Assembly: GCA_012295275.1 (NCBI GenBank)
Contig: CM022676.1
Location: forward strand, 8,060,001-8,124,000
Source: Chrysomallon squamiferum
Lineage: Eukaryota > Animalia > Mollusca
Reading direction: 5' to 3'
Length of the DNA: 64,000 nucleotides
Each line of letters begins with the position of its first letter. The stretch's first letter is position 1. Under the pieces are notes generated by a model. It was not told the origin of the DNA. It worked only from the letters and a program-made list of their open reading frames with translations, and ran no database searches. Shown here one piece after another: positions 1-19,093 of the stretch. Both the position numbers and the translations under genes were made by a program.

Positions 1-858
1 TTTTTCAAAAGATAAACAGTAAACAAAACAAATAACTAAAGAAATAACTAGGTAAATAAATAAGTAAATAAAGAAATAAATAAAACACAGATTAGAAATA
101 TTTCAAATTATGTTATTTTTAGAGCATCTGTAGTTACTTCAATGTACATATTACAATTTGATAAAAATTCCTTACAAAAATTCATGTTAATAATCTTGTA
201 ACTTTTCAAGCTGAATTATCCAACTCCTTATTTGTAGAACCAAGATGTTTAGAGAATGACATAGTGTGAGATCACAAACTTAAATTAATTAGTAAAAAGT
301 CTCAGTTACGGAAGTAAGAGTGGTATGATATTCATAAAAGAGTGAATATGAGTATTATAGAAAATTATTACTGAGACTTAAAAAACAAAAACAAATTTAA
401 TAAATAAGAAATCTCAGAAGTCAACATTAAAAAGATAATAATAATAATAATAATAATAAATTAAAAGATAAATAAATAAATGTGTGTGTCTGTCTGTCTG
501 TCACTGTCAACTAAGATGGAAATGAATAAATTGTAGGTATTGGAAACCACGTTATTTGAGTTTATTCAGAAAGTACTTTAAACCTTCTTAATATTGAGCT
601 GTTTGCAATAATAAATATTTTCTCTCAGATGATTACGAAATGAACAACGACTTGTTTGGCAGAGATTAACATCATCAGAATTAACTTCATCAGAATTAAC
701 ATCATTTGAATTAACATTATCGCTTTCAAATGTTACTGACCACTGGAACTGAGGATTAAAGATTATAAACCAGGAAATGAATGAGTTAATGGAACATTGT
801 TATGGTATTGAATTGTTTTAGAATTTGATTCTTAACTGTTTCAAAATCAGTGTCCTGC

Positions 859-899
<41 letters not shown>

Positions 900-2080
900 G
901 CAGCTAACAAGTACATATGCTCCTTGTTTGTCCTGGTTTTATAGTAGAGCTAAGACATATTTTTGCAGTGATATATAGGTGTGTGTGTGTGTATATATAT
1001 ATACACATATACATAAACATTGCATGTTCTGTGGGGGGTTTTAACAGCTAAGAAGTACATATGCTCCATGTTTTTATTATTATTATTATTATTATTTTCA
1101 TTTCTTTTCTCTTTTCGTTTTTTTTCATGTTTTTTACTTCTATCAGAATTCAGAAAAACTAACTATAAATAATTTTCAGATTAAAAGTAAGGACACAAAC
1201 AAAAAATATACATTTCTTAAAGGATATTTTTGATGATAAGAAATAAGTTAAAGACATTTTACATTCTTCCAAGTTATTTATTTTCATAAATTGTTAATTA
1301 TTTACTCAGGATTACTAATGTTTCTATGATTTTATTTACCCGCATGTGACAAATATTGTTATTTTGTTAATTTTTAGTTCACTTTTCTTTTCTTTTTATT
1401 TGAAGTCCAATAATTTGTATGTTGTATATATGTATTAGTGCTCCAATTCTGTTCTGTTATAACAAAACATTTTAGGTCAGAGTTGAGGTTGGACTATTCT
1501 TGGGGGTTTACTAAGATTAGTCTTAACTGATGGTCCAGTTCTGCTGTGTTGTAGCATTAGGTCAAATTCAGACAAATTTTACATGTGTACTGCAGTGTAA
1601 TTGACTGTAACTGATGGAGAATTTCAGGAGGGAGTCTAGATGATAACAGGCCAGTTTGAACACTAGAATCCAACAGTGCTACAAATGAGCATCGCTAAAT
1701 TCTACTTTAAACACTGGAGTTGTTCTGAGTCCAAAAGTCCATTCAGTTTTATTGTTATGTTCTAAACATCAGACAAGATGTCCTTAATGTTACAGTTTGC
1801 TCTTTCTACAGCCCCTTGTTTTGTGAATGCCTAGGTTTCCCATGGACCATCACTAATGCTGTCCACATTACCTTCATTTCAGTGATTATATATATTTTCT
1901 GAAAATATTCAGTAACCTATACACGTGTACATACATTTCATAGTCAGGTTAATAAAACCTAATAGGGCATAACAATTATACATTTTTAATACTAATATAA
2001 TTTCTATTGTTACTAGTATTGATGTAAGTATTTTAACAAGAATAACAATTTTTTAATAAATATGTTAATGTGTAAAGCAT

Positions 2081-2158
<78 letters not shown>

Positions 2159-3214
2159 TTCATTTTTAAATAAATAATGTATAAGCCATCCATTTCCATT
2201 TGTTACTCCATACTGTTATTCTAATTGAATTTTTATTTCTTCTGATAAATGCATTGTTTTTTCTCAGGTTATCTTTTCAGTAAGTTTAAAAAACTGTTTG
2301 TTCTGATAAGTTAATTTGAACAGACATTTGACGTTGAAGGAATTTGATACTGTTAACAGTTATAATTAATGTTGTTTAAATTAATAAATGTTTATTTAAC
2401 ATTCTTAATGTTATTTTATATAATTAATAGAAAATGTATGGACAATCATTGTTATGTTTGTAGATTGTTTGTGCCCATCAAACACACTGAAAACTGGTTT
2501 GAGAGAGAGAGAGAGAGAGGTTAATGTCATTACTTTAATATTATTATTATTAGTATAATATGTTTGCTCATTTCACATATTTAAAATATTAGAAAAATTA
2601 AAATCACAATAAAAACAAAAATCCATCAATTTATTCATTCAGAAAGTTAGAGTTGGAAAACAGCGAAAGAGCACTATGGTTATTTGCAGATATATAATTA
2701 CAGATGCATTCTAAAATAGAGGATATATAAAACAAAGGTAAAAACTAAATATATATAAACACATATATAAACAAATAAACCTATAATTTCACAAAGCCAT
2801 CAAGTTCACAGTTTTACACATTACTGATTTAATATACATATCATGTGAGAAATCCATACAAAGATTATGCATAAAAACAACAATGTTTGAAAAGATAAAA
2901 TAAAACATTAATATATATCTGTGTATGTGTGCATGTGTGTGTACATGTGTGTGTATACACACACACATACGCACATATAGATAGATTGTCATAGGGTATG
3001 CTGATGGAATGTTGTTCATATGAGTGTGAGTCTGATATTTGTAGATACCTATGAATGATATTTGTACATACATATGAGTGTGCGGTCTAATGTATGTTCT
3101 TACATATCAGTGTGGTGTGCCTAATATATGTAAATACATATGAATGTATGCTTAATATTTCTATATACATGTGAATATTGTCTGTATGTTTTGGTGTCAA
3201 CATACTAAATTTTC

Positions 3215-5689
3215 CTAAGACAGTTTTTTGGTGATGATGTTCTTGATCCTTGTTTGCTGAAATTGTGTAAACTCTCTATGAATGCTGAACATTCTCTGCT
3301 GATCTTTTAGTTTCACCAGTTCCTCTTGGTCGTAAATTGATGTCAGCTTGCTGTTAAATTGTTTATCGCCATCAAGAGATCTGGAACCCACATCTCCGGA
3401 GTAAACCAGTATAACATCACCTGGAAAAAATATCGAGAAAAAAAAAAACAAGTAGAAAATACCAAGAAAATTATACGAAATTGTGAAAAAAATATAGAGA
3501 AAAACAAATAAAATATTGTGAAAAAAAAATATAGAGATAAACAGACTGTCACTTCAATTATACAGAGAAAATACAGATAATAACCTGTAACAAGTAAAAC
3601 AATTTATCGACAGAGACATTGCCAAAAAATAGGGGGGAAAAAATGGCAACATCTTTTCATACGACATCTGTATATATAAAAAAAACAACAGGCGAATGTG
3701 ATAGTTTCGAGAAAAAGACGTATGAAAATTTAGAAAAAAATACCTAATAAAGCAATTTAGAACAAAATGAGTATAATAACTTAGAGAAAAAAAGACATTA
3801 AAATTTATAGGAAAGTGAGTATAATAATTTAGAGAAAAACCAATATAATAATTCAGAGAAAACCAATATCAGAACATGTTCAGGAATAAGGAACTTTATG
3901 CAAGAAAGAGGAGCTAATTATCGTGTGGTCCTGGGTTAGAACTGAACATACAGTATTCCCTCGCTATTCGCGGGGGTTACGTTCTTTACCCCCCCGCGAA
4001 TAGCGAAAAACCGCGAATATTGGATGCAGTTTTAAAACGTCTATTATGAGATTATATACGGTACTAAATGCTTCCCAAATACTTTCTAAAGACACTCTTA
4101 CTCATTAATACAGTAATAATGTAGTAATATTGCATGCAGTTATGTATTTCACTAATGTAGTAATGATAATGTAAACACATTTTAATGTTGTACTGAAACA
4201 ATATTTTAATCAGAAAGAAACGTAAGTGCAGGAGGACAGTAACACCGCATAGCATAGTTACCCATACTGTATTACTATACCGTAAAGTCATTTTCTATGC
4301 GTACAACATATGTATTAGAATTGACAGAAAGTGGAACAAATTTAAAGGCAAACAGACAGATAAATACAGTACGCACAGTTCAGGTAAAAATAATACAATT
4401 CAGTAATAATATGTAATTAAAAACATTAATACACGGTCACAAAAAATATGCGCTGTACATACAGTGTATGCATTTATAAAAAAATACGTACTGTATTGCA
4501 ATAATAATTGAAAAAATTTGATATTGTTTGTGCTGTCACCAATAATGAATGATAATAAAATGATGATGAAATTTGCAGTGCCATACGATGATGATGATAA
4601 CACTAATGTACAGTATGGCACAGCTTAGCTGCTGCTTTACAGCACTTTAGGTAATTATTCCTAGTCTTCAGGCACTTAAGTCTCTATGACCTACAAAAAC
4701 CCGGTTTACCGAGCATTTGTTTTTATGACGTTATGACGCTAGCGTGGTATACCAGCATACGATGCGATAGGGTTAAGAGCCTAACCCGCGAATATGCGGG
4801 GCCGCGAATGGGGAACCGCGAATAGGTGAGGGTATACTGTATTCAAATTGAAGAAACCTAGCGGTTCGTTGTGTGACTTATTTAAAAATCAAACAAGAAA
4901 GAAGTTTCACACCTCCGAGATTCCAGAGATGTCTGACAGTCTTCACCTTCAAATCACCAGGTCCTTTGCGAGGATCCTCGAGAATTACATTTCTTTCGTT
5001 GAAATCCACGAACACCACGTAAACTTTGGTGCACGGTATTGACTCTAGGTCGCTATGGTAATGAACTGTGAAATGTACCATTTCCGGCGCATGCTCATCA
5101 TCATTAAGGATATCTCGGATTCGCTGACGATGTTTCTCTTCAGTTTCAGCATGGAAGCCAACCACACATACCTTATTCTGACGCGGCCGCCATTTTGGTT
5201 TACGTGTCATTGAAGAATGTTCTGAAGTATCCTGTAAGTAGGGCAAAACGCACAAAAAAAAGAAAAGAAGAAGGAGAAGAAAGCAACTAGTACTACTAAT
5301 AATAATTTAAAATAATAAACAACCAAAAGTAGTTTACACTTGAAATATTTCTTAATACGTGTTTGACTTAATTAAAATAGAAGCCAAATTACTTGCATGT
5401 ATTCAGAATACATTTAGATTAAGTTCTTTACACCTTAATTTGTTTCCCATTACCCACAAAACACATGCAAGTAGATTGTAAGTAAATTTACCACAGAAGA
5501 CCGTTTTTCCTTCAAGATACTATACTTCGTTTCGTTTTTCAAAGTGACTGATTTCAAGAACCAGGAAATTCCGATCAACCAAACAAAAGCTATCACCACC
5601 AGTAGAGTATGTCCAGCTGAAATATATTCACCAGTAAAATTAAAAGTTAAACATCGCTCATACATGGACATTTATAACAGAGAGTCAGT

Positions 5690-5772
<83 letters not shown>

Positions 5773-8694
5773 TAATATAAAATGCTAAGCAACTCACACG
5801 TGTAAGTAGTTTGGTACTTGAGATAGTCATAGTTTGCATTGATTTTATATTTGTTCAGCTGAGTGATGTCCTCAAATCTACGAGCTCGCAATTCGAGACT
5901 TCCGACCCAGGAAGACGTGTTCTGTTCAAACTTTGTAATCCAATTTGTCATATTAGTCTCGATAAACCGAATCTTATCCATTGTCTTATTCGTGCTATTC
6001 GCTAGGTCTGTAACAGCGGAGTCTAATTTGTGTGTTGTAGTTTCAAGTGTTTCCAGTTTCAAATCCGACCGTTTCATTTTCGTTTCAAATTTTTTCATTT
6101 CAATTTCAGTTTTCAAAACTTTTCCTTCATTTTCTTTCCTTTTGGTTTCAAACTCATGCATTTTACTTTCGATTTCTTGGGTTTTAGTTTCAAAATCATG
6201 GATTCTATTTTCTGTGTTTTCGACTTTTCTTTCAATTTCTTTTGTTTTATTTTCAAAATCTTGGAATTTGTTTTTACTGATTTCCATTTTACTTTCAATT
6301 TCTTTCGTTTTAGTTTCAAAATCTTGCATTTTATTTTCAGTGTTTTCCATTTTACTTTCAATATCTTGCGTTTTAGTTTCAAAATCTTGGAATTTGTTTT
6401 CACTGATTTCCATTTTACTTTCAATTTCTTTCGTTTTAGTTCCAAAATCTTGCAATTTATTTTCAATGTTCAACACTTTTCTTTCAATTTCTTGCGTTTT
6501 GTTTTCAAAATCTTTCATTTTATTTTCAGTTTTTTCCATTTTACTTTCAATATCTTGCGTTTTAGTTTCAAAGTCTTGAAATTTGTTTTCAGTGTTTTCC
6601 ATTTTACTTTCAATTTCTTTCGTTTTAGTTTCAAAATCTTGCATTTTATTTTCAGTGTTTTCCATTTTACTTTCAATATCTTGCGTTTTAGTTTCAAAAT
6701 CTTGGAATTTGTTTTCACTGATTTCCATTTTACTTTCAATTTCTTTCGTTTTAGTTTCAAAATCTTGCATTTTATTTTCAGTGTTTTCCCTTTTACTTTC
6801 AATTTCTTGCGTTTTAGTTTCAAAATCTTGGAATTTGTTTTCACTGATTTCCATTTTACTTTCAATTTCTTTCGTTTTAGTTTCAAAATCTTGCAATTTA
6901 TTTTCAGTGTTTAGCACTTTTCTTTCAATTTCTTGCGTTTTGTTTTCAAAATCTTTCATTTTATTTTCAGTTTTTTCCATTTTATTTTCAATATCTTTCG
7001 TTTTAGTTTCAAAATCTTGCATTTTATTTTTAGTGTTTTCCATTTTACTTTCAATATCTTGCGTTTTAGTTTCAAAATCTTGGAATTTGTTTTCACTGAT
7101 TTCCATATTACTTACAATTTCTTTCGTTTTAGTTTCAAAATCTTGCAATTTATTTTCAGTGTTTTGCACTTTTCTTTCAATTTCTTGCGTTTTGTTTTCA
7201 AAATCTTTCATTTTATTTTCAGTTTTTTCAATTTTACTTTCAATTTCTTGTGTTTTAGTTTCAAAAAATGTTCGCAACTTATTTTCAGTGTTTTCCAGTT
7301 TACTTTCAGTTTCTTGAATGTTATTATCAGGGTTTTTCAGTTTTCTTTCTATTTCTTGAGTCTTACCTTTTCATTAAAAAAAGAAAGAAAAAGAAATAAT
7401 AATTAAAAAGAAAAAAAGAAAAATCTTTAACATCATTAAAATGAAAGTAACAAAAATAGTAAGAATAATAATAAAAACGGTATTATCAGTTGTAATAATA
7501 TTAATGTTAAGTATAATAATAATATTAATATTAATAAAATATAAAGAGCAACAACGATACATATAACAAATAAAAATAATAAAATAAAAGCAAAAAATCC
7601 CCATAAAATTGAAAAATAATGATAACAAAAAATAATATCAAACAGAAAAAAGAAAGCATATAAAATAATAAACGAAAAAACAAGAAAATAAAAGAATAAA
7701 AAGATAAATAATAATAATAATAACGATTGTAATATTAACAACGATACTAATAATAGTAGTATAGTAATAACAACAACAGAAGCAACAGTATTATTATTAT
7801 TATTTCTGTAATTCTAATATATATATAAACTCCTGTAATATTAGTAATTATGTTGATAAACTCCTGTAATATTATTAATTATAGAACTCTAAGAAGTATA
7901 TTATTGATTTATTATTTGACAAAGCCTGACACTGATCAAGTCAAAACAATGTCATTTATAGGTAAGTTTAGCACGTTTTATTTTTTCATAATTATCTATT
8001 TTTGGTATATTGTTTTGACTTGATCAGTGTCAGGTTTTGTCAAATAAATAAAACAATAATATACTGCTTAGAGTTATATAATTACTAATATTACAGGAGT
8101 TTATCAAGATAAATCTATTTCTAAACATTTAAGCACTACCATAGAGACACATTTAAATAACAAGAAATGACAATTATGTTTAAATATATAAAAATACATC
8201 TAAATAAATAAATAAATAAAACGAATTAAATAAATGAATAAGTAAAACGAATTAGATAGATAAATAAAGTAATCAATAAATAAAATAGTTACATTGCTTC
8301 AACAAGTTTATCGAGCAGTCTCGAATGTATTCTCGTTTTCCTTGGCCACATAAATCTGTCACTGCGTCTGTAATTCCGTCCATCTCTCGTATTGTCAAGT
8401 AATCTAGTGCCACAACGGAACAATCACGTATCATTGAAAAAACTATCCTGCAAATAGTCAAGTGAAAACAATATCACGAGCGGAATCTAAAGTGTAGTAC
8501 ATGTGTGTATATGTGTATGTGTATATGTACGTGTGTGTGTGTGTAGGTGTGTGTGTTCAGGTTTTACAAAGAAATATGTGTCTGTTTTCGTCAACAATTG
8601 TGTTATGTGTGTATGTGTACAGCGTGTAAAATACACTGTACTTTATCTTCCTGTATGAGTTTTCTCCCTTGAACTGTAACTCTTCCTTCGTCAT
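3215..8694 (-). CDS. Family copy A: membrane protein with long coiled-coil ectodomain and cytoplasmic TIR/flavodoxin-like domain (~815 aa, 6 coding exons)
   Basis: Phase-consistent GT-AG exons: 8694-8621 (MTKEELQFKGENSYRKIKYSVFYT), 8447-8293 (LIVFSMIRDCSVVALDY...LLKQ), 7366-5798 (21-aa-repeat coiled coil ending with NST/NKT/NMT/NTS sequons), 5616-5492 (TM: HTLLVVIAFVWLIGISWFL), 5231-4913 (VCVVGFH...KVYVVFVDFNERNVILEDP...LWNLG), 3420-3215 (GDVILVY...RMFSI...KLS*). Total 2448 nt, no internal stop. The exon 1 donor (GTACAC) and exon 3 acceptor (AAG) are weak. Confidence 0.72.
3951..4839. mobile_element. Non-autonomous Tc1/mariner-superfamily (Tigger/pogo-like) element, in last intron of copy A
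   Basis: Imperfect terminal inverted repeats CAGTATTCCCTCGCTATTCGCGG ... CCGCGAATAGGTGAGGGTATACTG, flanked by TA on both sides. A second copy is at 23728-24431. No transposase ORF. Confidence 0.85.
6140..7265 (-). repeat. Coding 63-bp (21-aa) tandem repeat, 17 full units plus a 14-aa partial unit
   Basis: Consensus FETKTQEIESKMENTENKMQD (three heptads), counted in the translation. Confidence 0.92.
7853..8107. repeat. Fold-back inverted repeat (~97-bp arms, ~60-bp spacer)
   Basis: 7853-7950 (ttgataaactcctgtaatatt...ctgacactgatcaagtcaaaacaat) is the reverse complement of 8009-8107. Copy B keeps only the left arm (~18200-18300). Confidence 0.85.
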
Positions 8695-8917
8695 CGTGGT
8701 TCCCTTTAGTTGAAAATCTTCGTCGGTTTCGGCTGCTTGTTAGACTGCTTAGTGATATCTCTTTACATATATATAAATATACGTCTTTATAATACACAAA
8801 CGCTATATTATAAAATAAATAAGACTCTAGATTTAACATCAAGTCATCTGAACTAACTTAATGTTTCAAACCGTACCTACAAGTGACACAGTTAACCGTT
8901 ATCGCGAACTCATACGT

Positions 8918-8929
8918 GGGGATTTCCCC
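8918..8929. promoter_or_regulatory. NF-kB (Rel) consensus site upstream of copy A
   Basis: GGGGATTTCCCC fits GGGRNWYYCC. A second site GGAATTCCCC is at 9112-9121. Confidence 0.6.
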
Positions 8930-9267
8930 GTATTCAGTAGTCCATAACGGTTGTTCTGGGAAACCTGTTAATCTCGGACTAGAATTCCTAATAGATCTGT
9001 AAAATCAATATTCAGGCATTTATATTAAAACTTTATGTTATAAGAAGTAACTATCACTATAGACGTAAAATAAAATAAAATAAAATGAAAAATACTAGAT
9101 TAACAAAAACTGGAATTCCCCATCAATTACAAAGTGAGCTCAGGTGAGGTATGTGACATACCTGTTGAGGTGAAAGTTCACTTGAACGAGCTGATTCGTG
9201 TCCTTACTCTAGCGGAGTATTACATTCCAGTAAAAACAAATATTGCGTCGTAGACTAGACACCCCCT

Positions 9268-9312
<45 letters not shown>

Positions 9313-9419
9313 CTATACAACACTAAGGGATATTTTTTGCCTGCCATCCAAATATTTATCGTTTATATACGTACAAACGTAAGATTCAAATATTTGGGAT
9401 AATGGGGTGTTATGTATTT

Positions 9420-9509
<90 letters not shown>

Positions 9510-9650
9510 TGTATCGTTGCTGGTGCTGTTGTTGTTGCCGTTGTTACTGTTATTCTTTTTTTTATTTTACTGTTATTATCATTATTAGTATACTTGTTGT
9601 TGCTGCTGTCCTTGGTATTCTCGTTATATTTGTTGCTGTTATTATTATTA

Positions 9651-11590
<1,940 letters not shown>

Positions 11591-12294
11591 TGGTCATAAT
11601 TATATACATACGTTAAAATGTAGAAACAATGTGAACGGAATTCGCTTCTGAGACCCTTTTGTGTTAGGGGCCTTGAATCTTGAGCTTCTTTAGTTTTATA
11701 ATAGATCCGCCCAAATCAGTGTCTAAATAATTTTATCTCGTTTCGAGTCAGGTAAAGATAACCCGTACATTTTAACTCAGATATCGCCTGGGAAAAAGGC
11801 AATAAGCCTCTTCACAATCTTTATTCATACCCGTCCCGATATAGTTCCATATAACAATTTTCTGTTAATTCATCGTGATCATAAATTATTTTTATTTCTT
11901 TATTTGTCAAAACAATTCTTAATAGTAAATTAAGAATAAATGAATTTTTTATTATTTAAAATTTTTCTTTTTTATTTATGGTTTTTTTTTCCACAAGAGG
12001 TCTCGCTGTTTTATTGGGGTTTTTTGTTTCCAATTGTTTGCTTTACTTCACCCGCTATTCGGTCGTGTTCAAGACAAATGCGACCATAAAGTTCTTACTG
12101 TGACAAGGATTGGAGATACGTTTCTAAAGGTTTACATTTTTGATATATGAAAGCCTCTATATGTCTGTGTATCTATGTATGTATGTACATAGGAATGTAT
12201 ATATGTAGGTATCAATATTCTCTGTCTGACTAGATGCCTCCGAGAGACTCGAACCGAGTATAAAATGTGTGTGTGTCTGTGTAAACGTACACAT

Positions 12295-12363
<69 letters not shown>

Positions 12364-12776
12364 AATATAGTCTGAATTATATGCACAAAGTCCAAACACA
12401 ACATTTTTTTATTTTATTTTTTTTTGATGATCTTAATGGTAGCATAATGAAAAGAACATATTTTAAAACATATTTTGAATGCACAAGGATCACTTGAAAA
12501 ACTGTAAACATTTTATATTGTGTCTAATGTAAGCTTTTCTTACCGGCCCGTAGAGAAGCGCTACGTTTCAGTGATCCGTTCTCACACACACTTGTATCAA
12601 TGCACTTATAATACTGAGTATTCTCTGTCTTATGTACGTCTGATTAGACTCCGCACACAGACAGTACTCGGTAACGACGTGTCGCAGGAGGACAAAGTCC
12701 AATCACGACCTCACAAACCCCGTCGGATCCGCTGACGAGATTCAAACGTAGGACACGTTCGCCCGACGTATGTGAG

Positions 12777-12814
<38 letters not shown>

Positions 12815-12861
12815 AGTGTGTGTGTCAGAGTGTGTGTCAGAGTGTGTGTGTGTGGGTGTGT

Positions 12862-12899
<38 letters not shown>

Positions 12900-13074
12900 T
12901 TTTATATATATATCCATTTTGTGTGTCTGTCTGTCATACTTTTGTGTATTTTTTATTTCACTGTCATTGTGTTCCGATATTTTAAACAATTGAAATCAGC
13001 AAACTGTATCATGTTATTGTAATAAGAAAATTACTAATAAAATAATCTGTATTTAATTATTTCAGCTTATATAA

Positions 13075-13161
<87 letters not shown>

Positions 13162-13479
13162 GTGTCCCTCTCTTTTATGCACGCATATATACACGAACCC
13201 ACGCATACACACAATTATGTTTGATATCTGTAAGATAGTGACAGTTTAAAGTGCGTTCGATGGGCGCAAAAGATCTACAAATCTACCTATCTTTATAACA
13301 ATAGTAATTTTCAATTTACCTTCTATAAGATATAAATATTGATATAGATATACATACGCACATACACACAGACACACATATATATGTATATGTATATACA
13401 CACACATACATACTTACATACATATATACACGTTACACATACATACACATGCATGTATACACACACACACACACAAATA

Positions 13480-13790
13480 TACCAAGACAAACAATGTCAA
13501 GCCTACCAATGATAAAATATTTCAAATCTAGCAGAGATAAACAATATTAAAACAACCAGAGATAAACAATGTCGAATGTACCAGTCAAAAACAATATTAA
13601 ATCTAGCAGAGATAAACAATGTCAAATCTTCCAATGATAAAAAATTTCAAATCTACCAAAGATAAACAATGTCAAATCTACCAGTGATAAAAAATGTCAA
13701 ATCTACCAATGATAAAAAATTTCAAATCTACCAATGATAAACAGTGTCAGACCTATCAGTGACAAACAAATGTCAAATCTACCAATAACA
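13480..13790. repeat. ~26-bp minisatellite (ACCARTGATAAACAATGTCAAATCT)
   Basis: About a dozen degenerate units. A paralogous array is at 43360-43595. Confidence 0.85.
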
Positions 13791-14663
13791 AAGTTAAATC
13801 ATATGAGTGTGATTAATTATAATAATAATAATTATAATTACAATTATAACAAGAACGAGGATGATGACGATGATAGCAAATAATAATAATAATAGTAATG
13901 ATGATAATAGTAATAACAGTAATAATAATAGCAATAGTAATAATAATAATAGTAATATTAATAATAACAACAACAATAATGATAATAATATAGATGTTTC
14001 AGTTGAAGTTATTTTGACAGACTCAATAAATAATCATCACATTTTAAATCTTAATATTAAGAATATCTACAATCATTAAGATGTATTTAGCAAAAAAGTT
14101 GCTATAAATGGAGGGGTGGGTGGGTTTGAGTGTGTCCATGACAAGGTATGAAGAAAGTTATACAAACATGTATGTAATATATATAATATATGTATATATA
14201 CATGTGTGTGTGTGTGTGTGTGTGTATTTGTGATGGACTGAACTAAAAGCATCAAACTACGTAAACACCATTGTCTAAGGTTTATTCTTGCTTGTTTAGA
14301 TGTAAAGTACTTGGGAAATTCCTCTAAAACACTTGGGACATTAATATATGGTAAACACTGTCACTGTTGCTATTTTAAGGAACCCAGGACAGAAATGGTC
14401 ATTGGTGTGTGAAAGATAGTTCAAGAGAGAAGATAGAATATCTGGCAAAAGAGAAACACATTAAGGCCAATTCTATGCAATATAATTACGATATTATTAT
14501 CTATAATTGTATATCATGTTGTACAATCAGGCAAAGAAATTAAAGATATAATCGAAATCAAACTTGTGTACTTTTTGTGTGAGAACAATTAAGAACAATT
14601 TCTAAATTTAATGATTCAGATTTCATACTGAATTACTGTTTTATAATTTGCTCCATCAAGCTT

Positions 14664-18855
<4,192 letters not shown>

Positions 18856-19081
18856 CGTGGTTCCCTTTAGTTGAAAATCTTCGTCGGTTTCGGCTGCTTG
18901 TTAGACTGCTTAGTGATATCTGTTTACATATATATATATATACGTCTTTATAATACACAACGCTATATTATAAAACAGATAATCAGGACTCTAGATTTAA
19001 CATCAAGTCATCTGAACTAACTAAATGTTTCAAACCTTACCTACTAGTGACACAGTTAACCTTGATCGCGAACTGATATGT

Positions 19082-19093
19082 GGGGATTTCCCC
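19082..19093. promoter_or_regulatory. NF-kB consensus site upstream of copy B
   Basis: GGGGATTTCCCC; second site GGGAACTCCCC at 19312-19322. Confidence 0.6.

Noticed and set aside
629-725. Possible terminal exon (DYEMNNDLFGRD*) of an upstream gene, followed by 15-bp repeats
   Set aside because: Too short, and no upstream exons in the window to support it.
5685-7277. Calling the repeat ORF a myosin, tropomyosin or intermediate-filament gene
   Set aside because: Only generic heptad composition. It splices in phase to TM and alpha/beta-domain exons, and the ORF's ERER tail is intronic microsatellite.
5863-7406. Long plus-strand ORFs rich in F/S/I/L (also 16751-17751)
   Set aside because: They are antisense shadows of the K/E-rich repeat exon, with no independent splice or motif support.
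8448-8490. TGA conserved in three copies in front of exon 2, suggesting selenocysteine or readthrough
   Set aside because: A good acceptor (tttgcag) downstream of the TGA gives an in-phase exon, so the TGA is intronic.
13480-13790. Regular ~26-bp repeats resembling a CRISPR array (also 43360-43595, 57658-58158)
   Set aside because: Head-to-tail units without unique spacers, no cas genes, and a eukaryotic context.
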